Source: Patescibacteria group bacterium
GTDB lineage: Bacteria > Patescibacteriota > Minisyncoccia > Portnoybacterales > UBA2143
Length of the DNA stretch: 64,000 bases
Direction of reading: 5' to 3'
Assembly (NCBI GenBank): GCA_018820085.1
Contig: JAHJOV010000010.1
Coordinates: forward strand, 12,179-76,178
Shown one piece after another: positions 54,456-64,000 of the stretch. The translations under genes were made by a program, and so were the position numbers. Within the stretch, counting starts at the first letter, position 1; every line of letters starts with the position of its first letter. Below the pieces are notes generated by a model. It was not told where the DNA came from. It ran no database searches and was given only the letters and a program-made list of their open reading frames with translations.

Positions 54456-56219
54456 TTATTTTTTCTCCTCTATCTCCTTTTTAATTTTTTCAATGAATTT
54501 GTTGATTTTCATAAGGCCGAGATCTCCTTTGGTTCTATCGCGGACGGCAATTGAATCTACTTTCTCTTCTTTTTCACCAACGATTAAAAGATAAGGAATC
54601 TTTTGTATCTGACCGTTTCTGATCTTTTTACCTAAAGTTTCGTCATTATCGTTTAATTCAACTCTGATATTATTTTCTTGGAGTTGTTTTTTTATCTTTT
54701 CCCCGTATTTATTAAACTTCTGCCCAACTGGAATGATTTGGGCTTGAACAGGTGATAACCAAACAGGGAAAGCCCCACCAACATGTTCAATATAGACACC
54801 CATAAAGCGTTCTAAAGAGCCGAGTATGGCTCGATGAATCATAAATGGTTCCTTATTTAGACCATCCTTATCTGTATATTTCATTTTAAATCTTCCAGGT
54901 AGGTTAAAATCAAATTGAATCGTTGAAAGTTGCCATTGTCGGCCTAATGAATCAGCTACTTTAACATCAATTTTAGGTCCGTAGAAGACAGCTCCGCCTA
55001 CATCAAGAACATATTTCTTATAACCAACACTAGCCATCGCCTTTTTAAGAGCACCTTCTGCTTGTTTCCATCCTTGATCACCACCAATAAACTTCTTCTT
55101 ATTTTTAGGATCTCTAATAGAAAGATTCATTTCAAAATCTTTAAAACCAAAGGTTTCAAGTATGTAAAGAGTTAATTTTAAGGCCTCAGTTAATTCTTTA
55201 TGAAGTTGATCTGGAGAACAGATAATATGGGCGTCATCTTGAGTGAAGCCACGAACTCTGGTTAATCCATGAAGGGTGCCACTTTTTTCATAACGATAAA
55301 CAGTACCCATTTCAGTCCAACGAAGAGGTAGTTCTCGGTAACTTCTTGGTCGAGAGTTATACATCTTAACTTGCAAAGGACAATTCATTGGCTTGAGTCG
55401 ATATTGTTCATCTTCAATACCAAAAGAATCATACATCCCTTCTTTATAGAACTCTAAGTGACCAGAATGCTTCCAAAGTGATTCGCTGGCGATATGAGGA
55501 GTACTGACTAATTCGTATCCTTTTTCAAGGTAAGTATTTAAAGCAAACTCCATTATTTTATGACGAACAAAAGCACCTTTAGGTAACCAAAGGGGGAGTC
55601 CTTGTCCAACTTCATCGTCAAGCATAAACAATTCCAGGCGCTGGCCAAGAGTTCGATGATCTCTTTTTTCGGCTTCTTTTTGCTGTTTAAGATAAGTGTC
55701 TAATTCTTTTTTGGTTTTAAAAACAGTTCCATAGATTCTTTGAAGCATTTTGTTGTCTTCGCTTCCTTTCCAGTAGGCGCCTGCTAGTGAAGTTAATTTA
55801 AAAGCATCAAATTTAATTTCTTTAGTCGTTTTAATATGAGGGCCTTTACAAAGATCAATGAAGTCACCTAGGGTATAAACAGTTACTTTTTTAATTTTTT
55901 CTTTTTGTAGGTCTTTGATTAGCTCTAATTTGTAAGGTTGGTTTTTAAATATTTTCTTGGCTTCAATTAGAGAGACTTCTCTTTTTTTGAATTGCAGATC
56001 TTTTTTAATCAATTCTTTCATTTTCTTCTCAATTTTAGGTAAATCTTCTGGAGAGAAAGAGCGGTCCCGTCCCGCCTTCGCTGAAGCTTTGGCGGGCAAA
56101 GCAAAATCGTAGTAAAAGCCATTTTCAATATTTGGGCCAATAGCAAATTTAACTCCTTTAAAGAGTTTTTGAACGGCCATAGCCATGCAATGGGCAGTTG
56201 AATGTCTAAGAATATCCAT
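54456..56219 (-). CDS. thrS: Threonyl-tRNA synthetase (short form lacking the N-terminal TGS domain)
   Basis: Class II aaRS core and anticodon-binding domain (FMLDDEVGQGLPLWLPKG..., HRAILGSLERFMGVYIEHVGGAFPVWL). Starts within the editing-domain region (RHSTAH...). Confidence 0.9.
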   Translation of the reverse strand: MDILRHSTAHCMAMAVQKLFKGVKFAIGPNIENGFYYDFALPAKASAKAGRDRSFSPEDLPKIEKKMKELIKKDLQFKKREVSLIEAKKIFKNQPYKLELIKDLQKEKIKKVTVYTLGDFIDLCKGPHIKTTKEIKFDAFKLTSLAGAYWKGSEDNKMLQRIYGTVFKTKKELDTYLKQQKEAEKRDHRTLGQRLELFMLDDEVGQGLPLWLPKGAFVRHKIMEFALNTYLEKGYELVSTPHIASESLWKHSGHLEFYKEGMYDSFGIEDEQYRLKPMNCPLQVKMYNSRPRSYRELPLRWTEMGTVYRYEKSGTLHGLTRVRGFTQDDAHIICSPDQLHKELTEALKLTLYILETFGFKDFEMNLSIRDPKNKKKFIGGDQGWKQAEGALKKAMASVGYKKYVLDVGGAVFYGPKIDVKVADSLGRQWQLSTIQFDFNLPGRFKMKYTDKDGLNKEPFMIHRAILGSLERFMGVYIEHVGGAFPVWLSPVQAQIIPVGQKFNKYGEKIKKQLQENNIRVELNDNDETLGKKIRNGQIQKIPYLLIVGEKEEKVDSIAVRDRTKGDLGLMKINKFIEKIKKEIEEKK

Positions 56220-56220
56220 A

Positions 56221-59200
56221 TTATTCTAATACTTTAACATTATCACAAAGGATTTTCAAGTTTTCGTCACGGTCACTTAAGCGACCACTGACTAAAACAA
56301 TTTTTTCTTCCTGCCAAATAGTAGATGTTTGTTCTAAAACAGATGGGAAAACTAAGACCTCTATTCGGCCAGTCATATCTTCTATTTCAACAAAAAGCAT
56401 TGGTTGACCAGTTCGGGTGTTAATTTTTTGAATTTTGTTAATTATACCACCTACATGAACTCGATGACCAACTTGTTTTTTAGACAATCCCTGACAAGGG
56501 TAAGCCGTTCGGGCTAATTGTTTTTGATATTTTTGAAGTGGATGTTCGGAAATATAAAGGCCAAGTAGTTCTCTTTCCCAACTAAGACGTTCTTTTTTAC
56601 TAACTGGTTCAACTTCGGGTAATTTAATTGATGGCATAGCAACATCTGATTCTCCGCCGAATAAGCTGGTTTGGCCATTTTGTCTAGCTTTTTGAGTTTC
56701 TCTGGCTAAATTAAGCATTTGTTCAACGCCAAATAAGAGTTGATTTCTTTCATTAAGATCATCTAAAGCTCCGCATTTGATTAAACTTTCTAAACTCTTC
56801 TTATTAAGATCCTTGGAATTAACTCTTTCAACGAAGTCAGCTATTGATTTGAAATTACCATTTTTCTCTCTTTCTTCAACAATAGCTTTAACTACATTAT
56901 GCCCAACATTTTTAATAGCATTAAGACCAAAATGAATAGCTTTTCCACTAGCTTTACTGAAATTTTGGTTACTTTCGTTGATGTTGGGTGGCAGAACCTG
57001 AATATTCATCCTTTTACATTCATTAATCAAGAAGGCGGTTCTTTCAATATCGCCTTGATCAGATGTCATTGAGGCAGCCATGAATTCAACTGAATAATGA
57101 GTTTTAAGATAGGCCGTCCAGTATCCAATTAAAGCATAGCAAGTAGCATGAGCCTTGTTGAATCCATATTGGGCAAAAGGTTCAACTGTTTGCCAAATTC
57201 TTTTAGCAATTTTAGGACTGATTTCGTTTTTAATCATTCCTTGAATCATTCTTTCTTTTTGTTCATCTAGAAGTTTTCTAATTTTTTTCCCAACTGCTTT
57301 ACGTAGGATATCTGCCTCAGATAAGGTGAAACCAGCTAAATCTCGAGCAATTCGCATTAATTGTTCTTGGTAGACCATAACACCGTAGGTATTTTCTAAA
57401 ATTGGTTTTAATTTAGGATGAAGATATTCAACTTCTTTAAGACCATGTTTTCGAGCAATGAATTCTGGAATAAATTCTATGGGACCAGGACGATAAAGAG
57501 CAACCATAGCGATAATATCTTCAAATTTGGTTGGTTTAAGGTCTTTAAGATTTTTTTTCATTCCATTTGATTCTAATTGAAAAATAGCAGTAGTGTTTGC
57601 TTCTTGAAAGAGTTTAAATGTTTTTTTGTCATCTAAAGGAAGGGTCGCTAAATCAATCTTTTTTTGGAACAATCTTTTAATTTGATTAAGTGTATTTTGG
57701 ATGATAGTTAGGGTTTTCAATCCTAAGAAGTCCATTTTTAAAAGACCTAAATCTTCAATAGCATGCATTTCGTATTGAGAAATAATATTTTCATCGTTTT
57801 GAGTTGGGTGTTGAGTTGGAACAATCTGGTCAAGAGGGTCTTTAGTGATAACGACTCCGCAAGCATGAGTTGAGGCGTGACGGGCTACTCCTTCTAATTG
57901 CATAGCCATGTCAATTAATTGTTTAGTATTTTCATCTGATTCATAGTTTTGATGTAATTCTGGTGATTGATGAATAGCTTTTTCTAAATTAGAGCCAAAA
58001 GGGACCATCTTAGCTATTTGATCACAAAAATTATATGGGTAATCCATAGCTCGGCCAACATCTCGAATAGCAGCTCGGGCAGCCATTGTTCCAAATGTAA
58101 TAATTTGAGCGACGTGATCATAACCATATTTTTTAGAAACATATTCAATTACTTCATCGCGTCTGTCATCAGCAAAGTCTAAATCAATATCAGGCATGGA
58201 GATTCTGGCTGGATTTAAGAATCTTTCAAAAAGTAAATCATATTTTAAAGGATCGACATCAGTGATATTAAGAAGATAGGAAATGATTGATCCTGGAGAT
58301 GAACCGCGGCCAGGACCACAGACAATTCCATTTTCTTTGGCCCAGTTAACAAAATCAGCAACGATTAAAAAATAAGAAGCAAAGCCAGTTTCTTTGATAA
58401 CGCTCAATTCATAATTAAGTCGTTTTAAAACTTCTTTATGTGGTTCAGCAAATTTTCTTTTTTTTAATCCTTTTTGACATAGTTCATTGAGGTATTCTTC
58501 TGGGTTTTTTCCATTAGGGACCTCAAAGTGAGGGAGGTGAATTTTGTCTAACTCAAATTCAAAGTTACATTTTTCTACTATTTTTTGAGTATTTTCAATT
58601 ACTTCAGGTATATTTTTGAAGTCCTTAGTCATTTGTTCGGTTGATCGTAAGGAAAAATCATCTGCTTTCATAGTAATTCGATCTCGGTCACTAACTTTTT
58701 TATCTGTTTGAATACTCATTAAAACATCTTGAGCTTCAGCATCTTCTGCTTTAACATAATGAACATCATTAGTAGCTACTAAAGGAATATTATTTTTCTT
58801 AGCAATTTCAATAATAACTTGATTAATTTTTTCTTGTTCGTTTAAGCCAGGATGATGTTGGATTTCTAAATAAAAATTTCCAACACCAAAAATTTTCTGG
58901 TATTCTAAGGCTAATTTTTCGGCTTCTTCTGGTTTCCCTTTAATAATGGCTTGAGGAATCTCTCCAGCCAAACAAGCTGATAGACCAATTAAACCAGCAC
59001 TATGTTTTTTCAATAGTTCTTTATCAATACGTGGCTTGTAGTAAAAGCCATCTAAATAGGCTCGAGTGGTTAATTTAACTAAATTACGATAACCTTCTGC
59101 GTTTTTGACTAGAAGAATTAAGTGATGACGTTTGATGTCAATATTAGGTCTTTTTTGATGCATACTGTAAGGAGTGATATAAGCTTCAGAACCTAAGATT

Positions 59201-59382
59201 GCTTTCATGCCTCTTTTTTTAGCTTCGCGATAGAACTCAACTAAGCCATACATAGAGCCATGATCGGTTAAAGCAATTGAAGACATTTTTAATTCTTGAC
59301 AGGTATCTAAAATCTGTCCGATTTTAGCCAGACCATCTAAAAGAGAATAATGAGAGTGAACATGTAAATGCGTAAACTTCAT
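56221..59382 (-). CDS. dnaE: DNA polymerase III alpha subunit
   Basis: PHP N-terminus MKFTHLHVHSHYSLLDG, polymerase core, OB fold. The ORF-track start at 59430 adds 16 codons that lie within a family-2 repeat; the canonical start is the internal Met at about 59382. Confidence 0.9.
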   Translation of the reverse strand: MKFTHLHVHSHYSLLDGLAKIGQILDTCQELKMSSIALTDHGSMYGLVEFYREAKKRGMKAILGSEAYITPYSMHQKRPNIDIKRHHLILLVKNAEGYRNLVKLTTRAYLDGFYYKPRIDKELLKKHSAGLIGLSACLAGEIPQAIIKGKPEEAEKLALEYQKIFGVGNFYLEIQHHPGLNEQEKINQVIIEIAKKNNIPLVATNDVHYVKAEDAEAQDVLMSIQTDKKVSDRDRITMKADDFSLRSTEQMTKDFKNIPEVIENTQKIVEKCNFEFELDKIHLPHFEVPNGKNPEEYLNELCQKGLKKRKFAEPHKEVLKRLNYELSVIKETGFASYFLIVADFVNWAKENGIVCGPGRGSSPGSIISYLLNITDVDPLKYDLLFERFLNPARISMPDIDLDFADDRRDEVIEYVSKKYGYDHVAQIITFGTMAARAAIRDVGRAMDYPYNFCDQIAKMVPFGSNLEKAIHQSPELHQNYESDENTKQLIDMAMQLEGVARHASTHACGVVITKDPLDQIVPTQHPTQNDENIISQYEMHAIEDLGLLKMDFLGLKTLTIIQNTLNQIKRLFQKKIDLATLPLDDKKTFKLFQEANTTAIFQLESNGMKKNLKDLKPTKFEDIIAMVALYRPGPIEFIPEFIARKHGLKEVEYLHPKLKPILENTYGVMVYQEQLMRIARDLAGFTLSEADILRKAVGKKIRKLLDEQKERMIQGMIKNEISPKIAKRIWQTVEPFAQYGFNKAHATCYALIGYWTAYLKTHYSVEFMAASMTSDQGDIERTAFLINECKRMNIQVLPPNINESNQNFSKASGKAIHFGLNAIKNVGHNVVKAIVEEREKNGNFKSIADFVERVNSKDLNKKSLESLIKCGALDDLNERNQLLFGVEQMLNLARETQKARQNGQTSLFGGESDVAMPSIKLPEVEPVSKKERLSWERELLGLYISEHPLQKYQKQLARTAYPCQGLSKKQVGHRVHVGGIINKIQKINTRTGQPMLFVEIEDMTGRIEVLVFPSVLEQTSTIWQEEKIVLVSGRLSDRDENLKILCDNVKVLE

Positions 59383-59418
59383 TGATAAATTTAGAGGTCT
59401 AGCCTTAAAAGGTTTTTC

Positions 59419-59590
59419 AAGGTCCGACATAGAAAAGTAGTGACCTTACCAGCAGGGAAGGTTACGCTTTTCAGGTCGGACCTTCAGAAAAACATCATGA
59501 CTTCAGAATTAAGGTCGGACCTATTAAGCGGAACCTTTATTAAAATAACTTTTTACTAAAAGTTACTACTTAATTATGTCCGACCTTATC
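59419..59590. repeat. Cluster of family-2 elements (59419-59493 variant and 59511-59590) between divergent dnaE and ligA
   Basis: aaggtccgacatagaaaag...caggtcggacctt, and aaggtcggacctattaagcggaaccttt...atgtccgacctt. Shares the junction motif agaattaaggtcggacct with 54366-54395 and 43520-43545. Confidence 0.8.
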
Positions 59591-59699
59591 ATTTAAGAAT
59601 AGATCTCTTTAATTAGTATATCACTATTAGCTTTCTTGGCAACTTTATTACGGACCTCTAGAATGTTCTTGAAAGAGACTAATTTAAGCGCTATACTAA

Positions 59700-61733
<2,034 letters not shown>

Positions 61734-62024
61734 ATGGCTATTACAAAAAAAGAAGTTGAACATATTGCCAAGTTAGCCCGATTAGGGCTAAGCGAGCAAG
61801 AAAAGAAAAAATTCACCGAAGAGCTTTCGGCTATTTTGAGTTTTGTTGATAAGTTGAATGAGATTAAAATAGATAAGATTGAACCAACAGCTCAAGTAAC
61901 TGGTTTAGAAAATATTACCCGAGAGGACAAGGGTAAGAAAAAAACAAAAAAAGAAACAGATAAGTTATTAAATCTAGTTCCAGAAGTTGAAAATAGACAC
62001 GTTAAAGTGAAAGCTATTTTATAA
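61734..62024 (+). CDS. gatC: Glutamyl-tRNA(Gln) amidotransferase subunit C
   Basis: HIAKLARLGLSEQEKKKFTEELSAILSFVDKLNEI. Confidence 0.8.
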   Translation: MAITKKEVEHIAKLARLGLSEQEKKKFTEELSAILSFVDKLNEIKIDKIEPTAQVTGLENITREDKGKKKTKKETDKLLNLVPEVENRHVKVKAIL

Positions 62025-62025
62025 G

Positions 62026-63450
62026 ATGGATTTGAATAAACTTACAATCAAGCAAGCTCATCAAGGCTTAAAGAAAAAAGAATTTTCAGCTGTTGAATTA
62101 ACAGAATCAGTTTTGAATAGAATCAGAAAACGTAATCCAGAAATTAACGCCTATTTAACTATAACTGACGAATTAGCCCTAAGTCAGGCCAGACGAGTTG
62201 ATAAAAGGATAACTAATAAAGAGGAAATCGGTGTCTTAGAGGGCATTCCAGTAGCCATTAAAGACATTATTTTGGTTGATGGAATTAGAGCGACAGCTGG
62301 TTCAAAGATTTTAGACAATTACATCGCTCCCTATGATGCGACGGCTATTAAAAAATTAAAAAAAGCCGGAGCTGTTATTGTTGGTAAAACTAATCAAGAT
62401 GAATTTGGTATGGGAGCTTCAGGCGAGAATTCTGCTTTTGGCTCAACTAAGAATCCTCATGATTTAGAAAGAGTAACTGGTGGCAGTTCTAGTGGCTCGG
62501 CCGCCGCTGTGGCTGATAATCAGGCTATTTATGCTTTAGGCTCTGATACGGGAGGCTCAAGTCGTCAGCCAGCTTCTTTTTGTGGAATAGTTGGTTTAAA
62601 ACCAACTTATGGCCGGATTTCTCGTTATGGTCTGATTGCTTTTGCTTCTTCTTTAGACACAATTGGTATTTTAGCTAAAACATCTGAAGATATTGAAATT
62701 GTTTTTAATGCAATTAAAGGTAAGGACGAAAAAGACGCTACAAGTGTAAATACTGATGATGAAATTCGAAATTCGAAATTCGAAATTCGAAATTTACAAA
62801 TAGGAGTCCCTAAAGAATATTTTATTGAAGGGATTAATCCTCAAGTAGAAAAGATAGTTAGAAAAGCAATTGGGCAATATGAAGAAATGGGTGCTAAAAT
62901 AATAGAGGTGAGTTTACCTCATGCCGAATATGCTCTGGCTTGTTATTACATTATCCAGCCAGCTGAGGCTTCAACTAATCTTTCCCGTTACGATGGTATC
63001 AAATATGGGCTTTCGGAAAAAGGCAAAGATCTTTTAGAAGGATACCTTAAAACAAAACAAAAAGGATTTGGTCATGAAGTTAGAAGAAGGATTATGATTG
63101 GTACTTATGTTTTATCGTCTGGTTACTACGATGCTTATTATCTTAAAGCTCAAAAAATAAGAACCTTAATTAAACAAGATTTTGATAAGGTTTTTGAAAA
63201 AGTTGATGTTTTAATGACTCCAACTGCGCCAACCCCTGCTTTTAAGATAGGGGAGAAAGCAACTGATCCTGTTTCTATGTATTTATCTGATATTTATACA
63301 GCTTCTCTTAATTTAGCTGGGTTACCTGGTGTTTCTATACCAATTGGTAAAATAGGCAAGTTGCCAGTTGGTCTTCAAATCATTGGCCAGCAATTTGATG
63401 ACGAGAAAATACTTAAAATAGCAAAACTATATGAGAACAGTATTTTATAA
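62026..63450 (+). CDS. gatA: Glutamyl-tRNA(Gln) amidotransferase subunit A (amidase signature), with an internal 7-bp microsatellite
   Basis: Amidase signature GGSSSGSAAAVA and catalytic Ser-cisSer-Lys context. Contains (gaaattc)x4-5 at 62761-62795 encoding EIRNSKFEIRNSKFEIRN. Confidence 0.9.
   Translation: MDLNKLTIKQAHQGLKKKEFSAVELTESVLNRIRKRNPEINAYLTITDELALSQARRVDKRITNKEEIGVLEGIPVAIKDIILVDGIRATAGSKILDNYIAPYDATAIKKLKKAGAVIVGKTNQDEFGMGASGENSAFGSTKNPHDLERVTGGSSSGSAAAVADNQAIYALGSDTGGSSRQPASFCGIVGLKPTYGRISRYGLIAFASSLDTIGILAKTSEDIEIVFNAIKGKDEKDATSVNTDDEIRNSKFEIRNLQIGVPKEYFIEGINPQVEKIVRKAIGQYEEMGAKIIEVSLPHAEYALACYYIIQPAEASTNLSRYDGIKYGLSEKGKDLLEGYLKTKQKGFGHEVRRRIMIGTYVLSSGYYDAYYLKAQKIRTLIKQDFDKVFEKVDVLMTPTAPTPAFKIGEKATDPVSMYLSDIYTASLNLAGLPGVSIPIGKIGKLPVGLQIIGQQFDDEKILKIAKLYENSIL
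62761..62795 (+). repeat. 7-bp tandem repeat (gaaattc)n inside gatA
   Basis: gaaattcgaaattcgaaattcgaaattcgaaattt. About 4.7 units. Three units equal 21 bp equal 7 codons. Confidence 0.85.
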
Positions 63451-63967
63451 TCTAATAGATTGGTTTAATAACAAGTCTTTTTCTATGGAAGGATTTAATC
63501 AGGCTGTTTTGCCGTTTAAGATTATTTCTGGATTTCTTTCAGTTGGTTTGATTATAATTATTATTTATCTAATTTTTCTAATTAGAAAAGATATTAAAAA
63601 GTACTTAGAGATGTTGATAGAAAGCACTGTTCAAGCAGATGAGCCGCGAAAAGTTTCTCTTGAGGGTTGGCAGCCAGTTATGGACAAGTTGAATAGTAAT
63701 AATGAAGATAGCTATAAACAGGCAGTCATAGAGGCAGATAAAATTTTTGATGATTTACTTAAGAGAAATGGCTATCAAGGAGAAGATATGGGTGAGCGAT
63801 TAAAGCAAATTACTCAAAATCAATTGTTTAATCTTGACGAAGTTTGGCAGGCTCACAAATTGCGTAACCGCTTAGTTCATGAACCTAATTTTCAGCTTAA
63901 AGAACATGAAGCCCGAAGGATGATTGAAATTTATCAAAAGGCCTTCAAAAATCTAGAAGCGATCTAG
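63431..63967 (+). CDS. Hypothetical single-TM protein
   Basis: ORF track. One TM helix (FLSVGLIIIIIYLIFLI). Start may be the internal Met. Confidence 0.25.
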   Translation: MRTVFYNLIDWFNNKSFSMEGFNQAVLPFKIISGFLSVGLIIIIIYLIFLIRKDIKKYLEMLIESTVQADEPRKVSLEGWQPVMDKLNSNNEDSYKQAVIEADKIFDDLLKRNGYQGEDMGERLKQITQNQLFNLDEVWQAHKLRNRLVHEPNFQLKEHEARRMIEIYQKAFKNLEAI

Positions 63968-64000
63968 AGAACAAAGAATTGTACATTAAAAAGTCCAGTT

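Overview
This window looks like a Candidate Phyla Radiation (Patescibacteria)-type genome: AT-rich, a compact conserved core, no ribosomal protein L30, and many small palindromic repeats. The right third (37.7-63.5 kb) is a conserved translation and replication block: rpsL-rpsG-fusA-tuf and the S10-spc cluster through secY-adk-map, then thrS and dnaE on the minus strand, then ligA-gatC-gatA. L30 is absent between rpsE and rplO, as is typical for these bacteria. The left part carries cell-wall and DNA-repair genes (LysM-CHAP hydrolase, rpsT, ruvA, FemAB, murE, O-antigen-ligase-like, EndoQ-like PHP protein, pyrB, an unannotated yidD, polX, VanZ).

Two accessory islands break this core. (1) 13.85-20.96 kb is a defense island. 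It has two restriction-modification modules: MTase + putative REase, and MTase + putative REase + small membrane protein + second MTase. A fused HTH-XRE/Panacea antitoxin gene overlaps a RelE-like toxin, with a small SNase-like nuclease nearby. Each RM module is preceded by a duplicated ~75-bp terminator-promoter cassette. (2) 24.19-34.43 kb is a recombination hotspot at tRNA-Arg(TCT). A large serine recombinase gene is flanked by perfect 99-bp inverted repeats and reads antisense into the tRNA. Next to it an ~8.5-kb cargo segment is bounded by a separate 90-bp GC-rich inverted-repeat pair. The cargo holds two ArsM-type arsenite methyltransferases (one fused to an HMA-like domain), a CC-motif membrane protein, a Cys-rich micro-ORF, a CobO-like adenosyltransferase, and a retron-type reverse transcriptase whose YxDD motif reads YVDN. 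Divergent from the RT are an RmuC-like gene and a coiled-coil/HhH gene that share a covarying 5'-UTR hairpin.

The type IV pilus genes pilMNO sit between the two islands. Two MITE/REP-like palindromic repeat families (more than 20 copies) punctuate operon junctions. Some supply start or stop codons to genes, and two sit in-frame inside CDSs. No rRNA or CRISPR array was found.
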